In this document: piece after piece, positions 24,417 to 36,900 of the stretch
Layout: the number at the start of each line of letters is the position of its first letter
Numbering within the stretch: the stretch's first letter is position 1
DNA from: Amphiscolops sp. MND2022
Lineage: Eukaryota
Reading direction: 5' to 3'
DNA: 64,000 nt
Assembly: GCA_964187785.1 (NCBI GenBank)
Contig: OZ076421.1
Span: forward strand, 11,718,001 to 11,782,000
Made by a program: the position numbers and the translations under genes
The notes under the pieces: model-generated
Told to the model about the DNA's origin: nothing
Database searches by the model: none
The model's input: the letters and a program-made list of their open reading frames with translations, nothing else

Positions 24417-24793
24417 NNNNNNNNNNNNNNNNNNNNNNNNNNNNNNNNNNNNNNNNNNNNNNNNNNNNNNNNNNNNNNNNNNNNNNNNNNNNNNNNNNNN
24501 NNNNNNNNNNNNNNNNNNNNNNNNNNNNNNNNNNNNNNNNNNNNNNNNNNNNNNNNNNNNNNNNNNNNNNNNNNNNNNNNNNNNNNNNNNNNNNNNNNNN
24601 NNNNNNNNNNNNNNNNNNNNNNNNNNNNNNNNNNNNNNNNNNNNNNNNNNNNNNNNNNNNNNNNNNNNNNNNNNNNNNNNNNNNNNNNNNNNNNNNNNNN
24701 NNNNNNNNNNNNNNNNNNNNNNNNNNNNNNNNNNNNNNNNNNNNNNNNNNNNNNNNNNNNNNNNNNNNNNNNNNNNNNNNNNNNNNNNNNNNN
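24417..24793. other. Assembly gap (N run)
   Basis: Continuous N bases. Confidence 1.
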
Positions 24794-25612
24794 TAGTAAG
24801 TAGTAGTAAGTAGTAGTAAGTAGTAGTAAGTAGTAGTAAGTAGTAGTAAGTAGTAGTAAGTAGTAGTAAGTAGTAGTAAGTAGTAGTAAGTAGTAGTAAG
24901 TAGTAGTAAGTAGTAGTAAGTAGTAGTAAGTAGTAGTAAGTAGTAGTAAGTAGTAGTAAGTAGTAGTAAGTAGTAGTAAGTAGTAGTAAGTAGTAGTAAG
25001 TAGTAGTAAGTAGTAGTAAGTAGTAGTAAGTAGTAGTAAGTAGTAGTAAGTAGTAGTAAGTAGTAGTAAGTAGTAGTAAGTAGTAGTAAGTAGTAGTAAG
25101 TAGTAGTAAGTAGTAGTAAGTAGTAGTAAGTAGTAGTAAGTAGTAGTAAGTAGTAGTAAGTAGTAGTAAGTAGTAGTAAGTAGTAGTAAGTAGTAGTAAG
25201 TAGTAGTAAGTAGTAGTAAGTAGTAGTAAGTAGTAGTAAGTAGTAGTAAGTAGTAGTAAGTAGTAGTAAGTAGTAGTAAGTAGTAGTAAGTAGTAGTAAG
25301 TAGTAGTAAGTAGTAGTAAGTAGTAGTAAGTAGTAGTAAGTAGTAGTAAGTAGTAGTAAGTAGTAGTAAGTAGTAGTAAGTAGTAGTAAGTAGTAGTAAG
25401 TAGTAGTAAGTAGTAGTAAGTAGTAGTAAGTAGTAGTAAGTAGTAGTAAGTAGTAGTAAGTAGTAGTAAGTAGTAGTAAGTAGTAGTAAGTAGTAGTAAG
25501 TAGTAGTAAGTAGTAGTAAGTAGTAGTAAGTAGTAGTAAGTAGTAGTAAGTAGTAGTAAGTAGTAGTAAGTAGTAGTAAGTAGTAGTAAGTAGTAGTAGT
25601 AGTAGTAGTAGT
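24794..25612. repeat. Perfect 10-bp satellite (TAGTAGTAAG)n, ~80 copies, grading into (TAG)n
   Basis: Uninterrupted 10-mers to 25590, then pure (TAG)n to 25612; the left end is lost in the gap. Confidence 0.99.
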
Positions 25613-26625
25613 CGATGATGGTTTCTTTTTCTTTTTGATGAGCTGCCTCAGTTGCCAATTATGTTTTCTGATGATGCTCAACGTTTTTATTTCAAAAGCT
25701 GGTTCTTGATGAAGACCCCCGTATTTCGCTAAAAGTTTTCTGTCCTGTCGCTTCCTTTGTAACAAAAGTTCACGTTTGACGTGATGCACAGGTATTTTCA
25801 ATTTTTCCAGCAGGGCGTAGATTTTTGGGGAATGGGCACAAACTACGATCTAAGGAATAAGGTCGAAAAGCAGTTCTGGAACTAAGATCTGGAGAGCTAA
25901 GATCTAAATGTCATTTTTCGTAACTAAGACCTACAGAATGCCACCTCCTAAATCGTAACTAAAAGCGACGTGATAAAAAGTATAAAACGTGCCTCAGATT
26001 TGTCCCATCTCCTCTAGTGTCCCGCGGCCTCTTGGGGCCGCTTATGTTCCCATCTTGCTAAGCGAGGTCGAACAGGATACACAGCATATGCCCCGCATCG
26101 ATATTTTCGCTTTCAAAGAGTCAATATGGATTGAATTTCCCTTTTTGTTTGTTTTGATGGTCCAGTAAATATGTTTTCGCTTTTCGACCTAAGCTACGGT
26201 GCATGCTTTTCAGATCTTAGTCCTTTAGATCTTAGTTACGAAAATACTTTAGATCTTATTTCTTAGACCTTAGTTTCGGTCCCCATTTGGGGAACCTTCC
26301 CGGGAACAGTATACCACACCTTGACAGTTTTCTAATTTGTGATATGTTACGTCAGTTCAGTTCCACTTAGTGGGCAGTGATAGTTTGATTTGTGGGTTGA
26401 GATGGAGTTGTTCAGAACGTCGTGCCACAATAGAAACTTTTCGTTGTATGGAAAAATAAATTTTCTAACGAGAAATTGAACAGTTTTTCTGCGGTTTGCT
26501 GCACCAGGGTTCAGACTAAACCCAGGGACTGCAATCACTTCTGAGTCTTTTCTTTGTTTTTCCCCTTCTCCAAAGAAAGATGCAACGAGCTTGCAGCAAT
26601 GACCAGCACCACGGCTGTCCCTCAA
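25613..26625 (-). pseudogene. Decayed ORF of unknown identity (weak SGNH-like resemblance), split by a MITE
   Basis: Removing 25833-26285 plus one TSD copy restores LENCQGVVYCSREGSPKIYALLEKLKIPVHHVKRE. An upstream frame reads FLLWHDVLNNSISTHKSN..PLS. The ORF ends in KKKKKP directly at the satellite. Confidence 0.4.
25833..26285 (-). mobile_element. Foldback/MULE-like MITE (copy 2) with 9-bp target site duplication
   Basis: Reverse complement of 22027-22568, flanked by tttggggaa at 25824-25832 and 26286-26294. Confidence 0.85.
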
Positions 26626-27332
26626 ATTTCAAACTCAATTTGAACCTATTTAGCTATTTTAATAAATTCGATTTTTTAAATAGATTCGATTGCGTGGGAA
26701 AAAAACAATATCGTTGAAACTAATGTTTTGATTAGTTGCTCCTATGCCAGTTGTGAATTCACTCTTTCCATTCAATTATTATCGTGGAGAGTGGAAATTT
26801 ACGAGCCTTTTCAAATATCAGAGCTCTGGTGTTAATTGAAATTCGAAAGGATGGGATCGACTTACTTTCCGATCTTTTATCAAAAGGAATGTATTAGACG
26901 AAGGCTCGACGTGCTGACAACCCGGTGGGTGCATGACGTCACTTGACATATCATCTAGAACATTTCGTTAAACATTTCGTTAAACATTTCGTTAAAAATG
27001 CAATTCAGTTTGGGAACAAGACGTTTCGGCGACAATATGGCGGCGGACGTTTCGGTGACAAACCTGTAGGCAAAACGTCTTTGTCGCCGAAACGTCCTCT
27101 AAAAAGCTAAATACCTCTTCATAGATACCTTTGTTTCTGATGAATCGCGACAGGATAAACTAAAAGTCCTGTACTTATCGATTCTTGATTCGAGAGATGA
27201 AAAAAGTAAAAACAATTTAGTGAAAAGTTTTTCGTACAAATTGTACATCATCAGTCATCAAATCCCGAAAATGAAAACATTTCAAAGTAGAAAAGTTTGA
27301 TTTTTTTTGTCTGTCGCCCGGGCTGGGAGCAC

Positions 27333-27386
27333 ATGATGAATAAAGAAGCGTTTTTTAAATGCTGATTTATGATGATCCAATTCTGA
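27333..27386 (+). ncRNA. Candidate box C/D snoRNA
   Basis: ATGATGA (27333), CTGA (27362), ATGATGA (27369) and CTGA (27383) lie in C-D'-C'-D order, ~70 nt upstream of a putative acceptor at 27457-27458. It is short, with no clear terminal stem and no identified target. Confidence 0.3.
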
Positions 27387-27468
27387 TCAGAGAAAAAAAT
27401 TTCAAAGTAGTCAAAAACGAAAGTTGATTCGTTAAAAACAGAGTTGAACCGGTTATAGAAGCTGAAAC

Positions 27469-27656
27469 ATGGTTTTGCAATGCCCCTCAACTTCAGTTGA
27501 GGCTGAGGGTTCAGAAGTAGTGAGGAGTGTGGGTCAATATACTTTCAGTGGGCACAACAAACTGAGTGTGAAGAGCTACCAACACAACCTCCAATATGTG
27601 CACATCTACACTGCCAGACTCAATGCTCTCCGACCCCGAGTGAAACAGGCCATGCA
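27469..27656 (+). CDS. POLD2: DNA polymerase delta subunit 2, coding exon 1
   Basis: QYVHIYTARLNALRP matches the POLD2 N-terminal QYAHIY..RL..MRP motif; donor CA|GTGAGT. The start codon is inferred. Confidence 0.85.
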
Positions 27657-28540
27657 GTGAGTATATAATCATATTTCTTCAATGAGATTTCGCTTTTTGC
27701 CAATATGAATCATCTTGAAAAGTTTTCTCTAATATAAGCGCAAATTCTATTGGAAATGAACTTATACGATGCGGTTTGTATTCAAAGAAATACGGTATGT
27801 ATGTACTGATTTACTCCCTATTATTTTCTGAAATAGGTGTTTTGCTATTGATGACTTCTGAAAAATTTATTCTTTCAAGAGGTGTGGATATTTTTCCTTG
27901 AATTGTTCAGTGCTGGTTTTCATTTGCTAGTCGTGACGGGCCTACGAAATAACAAATGTATGAATTGTGTATAAATTGTAAAAACAGAGGCGATCACTCG
28001 AGTGAGGTTTGTCGAATTACTAAATTGTCGTAAATTTTGAGGATAACCATGAAAAAGTTGAGGTCAGATGGAAGTTTGGCATCGCATTGGAGCAAAGTTT
28101 TGCCGTTGATAGCTTTTGATTAGCAGTTACTCCATTTGGGCAGATGGATGCTGTTTTTATTCGAGGGTTGTAATTTTTTGATTCAAAACGGCATAGCTTC
28201 TATATACTCCATTTAGAAGTGTTTAGCACTGGTTTAGGTATTAGTTTTAGAGTGTAGCAGTTTGAAGTGTTCAAGTTCAATTGGTATCAGAAAGTGATCT
28301 GAAAGCAAAGGTTTTCTCTGCCCCCATTAATAGCGGTCAGGTGATTCTGATTAAACGTGTAACCGAAAGCAGATAATAGCTCCAAGAACTTTCTCCAATA
28401 CTTTTCCAACAAAGATGAACATCCTAACGAACGAAACAATGTAATTTTTTATTTGATGTTTTTCTTTCTAGAGACAGCATCTGCGAAGACTTATTGAACG
28501 TATCAGGCAGAAGTTCTCCTCGAAAACCCGCCTCTCCCAG

Positions 28541-28664
28541 TAAGGGAGGCGGTAAGGGGGCATCTTTGGTGTCTATCAGTGGGATCAGACCCGACAAAGA
28601 CTCCAAATTCGCTGTGATTGGGACTCTGCAGAAACGACAGTCGCTGAAACCCAGCATCCTCAAG
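28541..28664 (+). CDS. POLD2: POLD2 coding exon 2
   Basis: AVIGTLQKRQSLKPSILK matches VVGTLFK.M.L.PSIL; phase-consistent AG/GT boundaries. Confidence 0.88.
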
Positions 28665-29031
28665 GTAGCTCTATAGCTTCATGCTCATTGAGTCCACAGT
28701 TTTGACATCGCTAATTTTTTTTTCGCTAAACTGTTAGTTTCAAAATCGCTATTTCGCTTAAAAACGTTTTTCAAACAAGAATATTTCAAATAGAAGCGAT
28801 AACTTTAATTCAATTTTTGCAAGAAAAAAAAACTTGAAATACCTAGAATTTTTAATACCGTGTGGGTTTTACACATGAAGAAGTGGAATTGCTCGAAATT
28901 CATTTTGAAGCTCTATGTATTTTCTGAGGAAATTTTTTGAATTTGGACATTCAATTAGTTGCCGCTAATTTGAATCGCTAATAAAATCGCTGAAAAAATT
29001 TTGCGCGGCTGCTGATTCGCTAAATCGCTGA

Positions 29032-29967
29032 TTAGCGGTGTCAAAACTCTGATTGAGTCTAATGTGAGTTGAAATGAAACATTGCCAAGATTTTTAAAAG
29101 GCACAATTGGTAAGGCACAGTGTGCACTGAAACCCTGTTTGTTTTTAAAAATGTGTTGCTTTTAAAAGCCCCGTGTTGCTTCGAATCCATGTCAAAGAAT
29201 GCTAGAATGTCATATACGCTGCGAGGTGTCGAGCCTCTTAAAATATCGGGTGTTTGGATGGTAGTATTTTAATTTTAATTTATCTGGTATTTTTTTTATC
29301 TGGTATCTACAGTGAAGAAATAGGCATCACACTGTACCAGAAAAGACTTTCAAAGGATCATTGCCCGATCAACGGAAGCCTTGAACAAATAAGGTTTCAG
29401 AAGGAGGACTTCCAAAAATTTTAAATTTACTATTTGGATAAGTGTCACGTTGTTTTGTGACATGCGTCGGAACACACGACGCTCATACCCTAAAGGCCTG
29501 TCATAACTCATGACTTGAGCGGCGTAAGGCGAAGATTTATCTCAAAGACTGAATTACAGTGCATCCCGGTTATAGTGAACCTCTGAGGACCGCTCACCGC
29601 TGTTCACTATATCCGGGATTCACTGTAACCGGGCTAAGCTCAATACTAGTAAGCAAATAATCGGGACCGCGCTATGCGTTCACTACAAGCAGGATCCTAC
29701 TATAACCGAGTTCACTATAACCGGGATCCACTGATATGATTTGATGTTTTGCACCCGATGTTGATGGGTGGACTTGATCAAGTGAATTATTCAGAAACTA
29801 ATTATCTAGACAACAATTCGATCAAATAAAGGTGTGAAACACAATTATCAAACTTAGTTACGTAAAAGAAAGTTAGTTGTAAAATGGAAAGTTCCTCAGA
29901 TTCGCTCAGAAAACGTCAATGACAATACTAGGCCCAATGAGATCTTTTTGTATCTGCTGGAATTACC
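29032..29967 (-). repeat. Direct repeat copy 1 (~935 bp) of the 5' part of the Helitron-like element
   Basis: Near-identical to 37958-38886, including the same internal MITE. Confidence 0.95.
29557..29733. mobile_element. Pogo/Tigger-like MITE (second copy at 38481-38642)
   Basis: TIRs cagtg.atcccggttatagtgaac / gttcactataaccgggatccactg, with TA on the left. Confidence 0.85.
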
Positions 29968-31549
29968 TAGACTCGTGTCCGTCCATTGCAATTAGAATAG
30001 CGAGTTGGATTTTATTTGGTAATGAAATGTATTTGTAGAAGGCAAAAGTAACGTACCGAAAAGTTATGACCTTAAATACGCCATAATAATTTAAAAGAGT
30101 AACTTGAAATTAACAATGATGGATAAACATCAGGAGATATCCACCGACTTTAATACACACCGAAGGAATCTTGAATTGGAAATTATAAAAGTTGAAAGGC
30201 TATCGTGGCCGGCTGGCGATGCGGAATGATATTTTTAGAAAGAAGAATTAAATGCCAAGACTTCAGATTGTCAAGTTACCTGACTTCACAACATGTCACC
30301 CAATAATGACACTGTGAACGAATTAGTCTGTGAAAAATTAGTTCACAGTGGTTTAGTTAGCAAACATGTAAAGACAACAGATTGTGAAGGGGACAAAAAA
30401 GATTTCAGTCTAATTTATGTTTCATTAATGGCAGAAACAAGAGCACAAAAGAAAAAGTAATGTCATGTTCTATAGAGAAAGTGTATTGACAACTTAGATT
30501 TTTGCTGAATTCCAACGAAAATGGTTGGTTTTTGCCTGCAAAATTGTCATGCATTACACTTTTACTTTAAACAGTCAGCAAAACAGTTTATTTAAAATAT
30601 CGCGTGGATGGATATCACTTGTCGACTCTAAGACATGTGACAGAATACTTACAACACAATAACCATGAAGCCATTTCAACAGAAGCTTCAGTATTTAACA
30701 CCGATACCTACCGGTAATGCGGCAACCTAAGAATGAAGAACAACAATTCATTAAAACAGTAAATTGAGTTTCAGCATAAATGTAACCAGGACACTCTTCA
30801 GAAACATTGAACAATGACAACCAAAAAGGCATTAGTTTATAAAGAAGGGAACGATGTATAACAGCAACCTGAAGTTCTCTGGAACGCAATTGTTTGTTAC
30901 AGTACTGTTTTGTAGGATAGCGGATAACGTTTGGTCTTGATGGCGACTGACAGACGTGAACATAGAGAATGGGGAGTTGGCATTACAGCATCATTTCCAC
31001 AGTAATGATACAAGTTTCAGAAACTTCAGCATTGAGTTTTCATAATAAATGAATTAGTGGAAAAAATGACTTGAAAGCCACGCATCTTTGGACAACTAAA
31101 AAGATCGTTACGCTAAAGCGTTGACGAATAAAGCAAACATTACGCAGGCATGGACGTTTGATTACACAAACTTAATTGTTTATCCATCTCATTACATAGT
31201 CCAACCAAAAATTGTAGAAAAGTGCACAATATGAATGGCACGAACGATGATGTTGAAGCACATCAAGGAACAAGAAATCAGTCAAATATGAGTGATCCCA
31301 ATATATTTCTGTAAACTGCATTTTCAATTTCGATATTTGTAGCGATTAAACAAACACGATTTTAAAAACAGGCAAACACATTTCAGTGGACACAGTTGCA
31401 GCATAATGTATTAGTACTGTTATTTCTAACATGGTTTCTATTATAAGCGACCACAGTAACGTAAGGGGTAATGAAAGTGAAACAAAAATGTAACGATTGT
31501 AAGTCTGACAGCGCTACAACGAATGGACCATGAAATAGGCACGAGGTTG

Positions 31550-32524
31550 TTACTCATACTTCAAAACTTCCATGTCTTCTGTCAATGCGTTCACATGAGA
31601 CACGCTGCAGAAGTGGATTCTACGCAAATCTTGTGCGACTCCGTCATCACTCATAGATGGTTTGTACCATCCTTTCACTCGCCAACCGTCTGCCTGGTTG
31701 ATCTCTCAAGTCAAATTAATGACGGCCTCGTCCAGTTGAAATGGATCAAACTCAGTAGCAGTTGGCGACAACTGTCGCTTGTTATTGACCACGAAAATGT
31801 CAGTAAGAGTAGTGAATGTGAACTCAACAAAGGTGACTTCCTCCATTGGCGCCAGCTCGTTACATCTAATGCGCACAGTCAAAGCCCATGTTTTCCGTGA
31901 TGTCACGGCGATTCAGCCGGAAGAATCCAGAACGGTTTGAGCATCACAAAAATACCCGGGGCACATGGCCTCAGTTGGTGTGGCAGATGTCATGTAAATG
32001 GTGGTCGTTATGAATTCAAAGTATTTGAAAGAAGCAACGTCGACTGAATGTGGAAGAGTTAAATTTCTCATTGGGGGAGCATTTTCGAGAGGTACTAATG
32101 GTTCCACAGTTGATAACAGGCATGTGTTGGTTAATTTCAGGAATCCTGTTTGAGGATTCAGGATGTGAATATTCACATCGGGACGAATTGAGCTGAAATA
32201 TCGTAGAAGATTGTGGCTTTCGCTTGCCGTCGAAGTAAAAAGGGCAAAGACATCTTCGGTGTCCCTGTTTCCCAACAACAAGAATCGGTGGTATTTTTCC
32301 ACCTCCACGTATCGATTCTTTCGGATGTCATTTTTTTGTCCCTTCACCATGTTCAACTTCTTCCCTGATGGCAACGAGGCGTACAAGAAGACCATGCTGA
32401 TTTTGTAGAAACGTGGCTGTTCATCATCGGAGGACAGAATGGAACGATCTCGCTCATGGAACCTCCTTTCGGATATTTCTTGTGCTTGCGCTAGGGTGAG
32501 TGATGCTTTTAAATAACCAGGCAT
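31550..32524 (-). pseudogene. Accessory gene of unknown function inside the Helitron-like element (~324 codons, two in-frame TGA)
   Basis: ORFs 31913-32623 and 31706-31906 and the downstream frame are collinear in one frame: MPGYLK...CPGYFCDAQT...WALTVRIRCNEL...GWRVKGWYKP. Confidence 0.6.
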
Positions 32525-33929
32525 TGCAACAGTTTGGAATAAGCAAGGATAACGTCTAAAAAAGTAAATGTTAATCGCAACCAAATCATCCATTCTTGTT
32601 ACATTTTGCAAATGCATAAACAACTACAATATTGAAAAGTAAAAACCTGACACTTTACAAAAACGTTCGAAAAAGCAAAAAAATCTATGCAAGTACCATT
32701 TTCCCCATTGATTAATTTTCCCAAGTAAATTTCAGAGATATAAATTCTATGGTTTAGGATTCGCCAGAAAATACGCAAGAAATATTTCGTTGTGAACCAA
32801 CAACAATATTGAGTCAAAATCAAAAATGAGCAAACGGTGGGAATTAGGAAAATCGGTGGAACATTCCACAAATTATTGTGTGGGTAATGTACCCATTGGA
32901 TCCTTGATGTTGTTGAAAAATAATTTCGCTTGGTTACTTGAAACATAACGAAAACTTTAGATGAAAAGCGGTATATATATTGCATTATTGAATAAAAATT
33001 TTTTCGTTCAAACACAGAGAATTTAACGTCACATATTAGGGGAAGTTTAGGTTAAAACCGTAGACTGCTCGGTGTTTCTCCGGCAGGTGCCTCCAACACC
33101 TTGCAGGGGTGTGTTCAAGGTCAGTCAAAACTTGTGTAAAATAAGTATTAAATTTATCAAGGTAATTTTGGAAATGTAACTAATTGGAACACAATCTATG
33201 TTTAAAAGTAATGTCATATAAAGCAAATTTCCTTCTTGTTTCGTAACGGGGATTTACTTTTTGTAGCCAGGTTTCTTTAGGTTGAAAACGTTGGTCACAG
33301 TGAGCAAGATGGTGTGGCTTGAAGAAGAAAATGTTTTTGGTAACCAAGTAAGAATTTGAGCACCCAAATGGGTTACGCTAAAGCGTGAACCCTGTCATTT
33401 TCCAGAATTTGTGTATTTGAGTGCAAATTGTCGAAAGTCGGGTTTGTTGGACGACGAAGTGACGACTTTGAGTTCCGAGTATTTGGAAACGGTAAAATGA
33501 AGAATTTTTACTGTATTGTAATACTGGAATTGACATTGTGTAAAATCACAAGAGCTAAAGGTACCACGCTGAGGCGCAGACGCCCATGAATCTGTGGGTT
33601 AAATGTGGGTATCTGAATGGATAGGTTAAATGGGAAACTCCAAAGTCGAGTAGTTAAGTACATGGAACAAATCAGGATGATCGGTGGTCTGTTGTTGAAA
33701 ACTTCATGTTAGGGTAGGATGCCGTTTTGTCTCAAGAATATATTTTTCTCAAACATTCGATGACCATCAGACTGTGAAGTACAGAAGGAAGCAATGTTTA
33801 CTCTAATTATATAACCCTTCAAACTTCAAGCCACGCTACTGCGTAGACTTGACAAAGCCACGGTAGAGCGTGGACGTGCATGGAGAAAATTGAGATTGGA
33901 ATTTATAGACAATGAACGAGTGAGCATTT

Positions 33930-36900
33930 TCAACGTGTGGAGACTTTTCCACAGATTGTCAGAATTATGCCTTTGTGGGAAGTACTATTTACAACAACTT
34001 TTAAAATGGATAGAGCGTCTATTAAAGTGTTTGGTTTTTGTTGGTTAAATTTGCGCTGCACAAAACTTTCCGTACGCAGACGCTGAGAATCGGATGGAAA
34101 ATTGTGCATGAATGCGGCAATTGCCCAACGCTGTCGATGAACAGGAGATTTGAATGAAGAGCCCTGTCTCGTCAGAAGCTTTCTTGACGTTTGTCCAACG
34201 TAGAAAGTATTTAGGTGTGGACTGCTGAGGCTAATTAAAAGATACACAAAACCATGCTGCGTAGATGGAATGTCCAAGTTGAATGGAATATATGAGTAGT
34301 TGTTCAAATGCAAAATGGAAGGTTGTTTCTTGTCAGTCAGTATCTTCAGCAGATTAAAAACATGTTGTTCCTGAAGATTGGGTTTGGAAAATAACTGCTC
34401 CACGCACAGAAGAATAGTTCTTTTAGAGCCTACGAAAACCAAATTCCTCAAGAATTTAACTCTGCTGTTTATCACAAACAACTGTTATGTCAACCAAATT
34501 GAGTAAGGTCCATCTGACAAAGAAATAGACGGGGCAAGGCACTCAAAAGTGTCGCCCATCAATTTGTGGACCGTCGAAGATACATAATTGGAAACAGTGT
34601 ACTGTGTCCTTCGGACCGTGTCGCCGCAGAAAGAGTGTGCGTAGCCAACTCGTCTTTGAATAATAACGGATCTCCAAGTGTCGAAAACAGAAGGGTCAAA
34701 GCCATTGGATGATACGTCGAAGTTAGGAGGCACCAATTTTGCCACAAAAGAAGTTGCATTTTCGGTTTGAATGTCAAGGAGCAGGCACAAGTGACCTTGG
34801 GAAATGTTTTGATCCGGCAAGTTTTCTGTTACCTTTAAAACTGCGTGTTTGTGGAGAATTAGTGTTTTAGGCTCGCGGCCCTCTTTGTTCAAGAAATTAG
34901 TCATTTTACTGGTAGCAGCAGTCCAACCAGTACATTTGCGTCGCGCAACTTCATCGGTAGCTTCCATTGTCACAAAAGGATCCCCAGAATTTTTGACTCG
35001 CTCGAAATATTCCGCAACTGCCTGATGTGCTGCAGCTCGACGACCGAAAACACGCATTAAAGTAGGATCCGTAAGATCAGTCCAACTTTCCAAAAAGATA
35101 CAGTTGTCGGAAATAGCCCTGACGATGAATGCAACGTCTTCAGGAGTAACTGGTTTCTCCCACAATCGTCTGAGAACAGCCTGTCCAACGGGGTCCCTCA
35201 TTCTGACAAAATGTTGCAGTAGTTGTAAGTTGAACGTTGTCATGATCATTGGGCTCATGAACAAATTGGTTCCAGAAACTGATGGTAACTGACAACGATC
35301 ACCAGTTGCGATAATGAAAACGCCTCCGAAAGGAACGTTAGAATGCTTCAACTGTTGTAAAATCAAATCCATCGCTGCCCATTGTTGAGCATTTATTAGG
35401 GTTATCTCTTCAACTAACAAAACTTGCAATCGCATCAGCAATGACTTGCGTTCAATTTGGTGATTGAATTTTCTCAATGCAAACTCTGCTTGTTGGAATG
35501 GTGTTAAATTGTTGTTGACAGGAAGGCCAAAATACCGGTGAATGTGTTCACCTCCAAACGAGTAGGCACGTTTTCCAGCTAAACTGGTCACGTAAACGAA
35601 TAGGCCTTTGCTCAACGCATAAGCTACTCCTAAGGTGGCAAGGAAAGTTTTACCTGATCCCGGCGGTCCAACAATCATTTCGTGTTTTAGTAAGCGTGAA
35701 CTGTTCAAGATAAGGCATTGATCAATGGAATCTTCCAATTTTTGTAGAATGTAACTTTGTTCTGCATGTTAAGCAACTGATTGCTCTGCCGACTGTTGTA
35801 ATGTCATAGGGAAATAAACTGGATTCTCAATTGTAGCTGCGGCCAAGACAGTATGATTAGGCAAATTCGGAACTGTGTTGGCGGAAAGAGCTTGAATGAT
35901 CATTAGTTTTTTTCCAGTCATAAATTCCAGAACAGCAGCCTCTGTTTCTTGAGTTAACGTGGTCATCAGACAGGAAGGCAGTTTGTCGATAAGTAAATCA
36001 CCACTTTGTAACTGATTGAATGCTTCGTTAGCTGCAACTATCAAACGGTCAAATGATTTTGTTCCACCCGGCGTGGTCGACAAAATGTGGCGAACATATT
36101 TTTGCATTAATTCTTTTAATGCTGGCGGCCCCTGAACACAGTCTGATAAAAGATTAGCTTCAATGAATGCATGTTTCAACGTTGGGACACAATAAAGGTC
36201 TATCTCGGTATCAAATTCTCCCAATGTTAAAAGTACAGAAATTAGAAATTGCACTGGATACATGGGCAAAACGTTGTGAAAAACCACTTCGGCAGGAAAC
36301 TTGGACAATGCCGGGTCTGAACTGACGTAATTGTTGTGGACAGTAGAATTGTTGAGGTTATCCAAAATCATCAATGCATCATTAATGTTGGAATCAACTG
36401 TTCCAAGCGAGCCTTTGCTGATGATAAATTCACGGAATAAGGTAACAGCACACGGGCGCAACTTAATAAGGTCACTGGCAGCGTCTATCCAATGAGAGGA
36501 AAGCACATCTTGACGTAGATATTTGATGAATACATTTCCCTTTTTTTCTCTGAAAGGGATCACTTCCCTGACGAACCACGAGAAATATTGTTTCAGTGTA
36601 CGAACGAAAAGTAGTTCAGGGGGTCTGAGAGAAAACATTGTCACTCTGTCGATAGTGAAGTCACTTTGTAAAACATCGTTTTCAACAACTGTTTGAGATG
36701 ACGTTGATTGTCGAGATGAAGGGAAATGCAATGTGTCACGCCTTGTGACAGACGAAGTCTCATGGGATACGTCACATTGGGGTTTTTGGCGCTTATGTTT
36801 TAGGTGACGTCCACCACGGTACTCCAGCGGAACAGAGGGGACGGAAACGAAATCAATATTAGTAAAAACGTACGGTAACTCCAACAGAAAAAATGCACAC

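Noticed and set aside
24794-25612. Telomere
   Set aside because: The tract is interstitial, with sequence on both sides, and the unit matches no telomeric repeat I know.
24356-25801. 421-481 aa YYYLLLLTTT-repeat ORFs
   Set aside because: Translation of the 10-bp satellite and the gap, not a protein.
33830-33885. ccacg...cgtgg hairpin after the GIY-YIG stop as a Helitron 3' terminus
   Set aside because: There is no CTRR at the expected distance, and element-like sequence continues beyond it.
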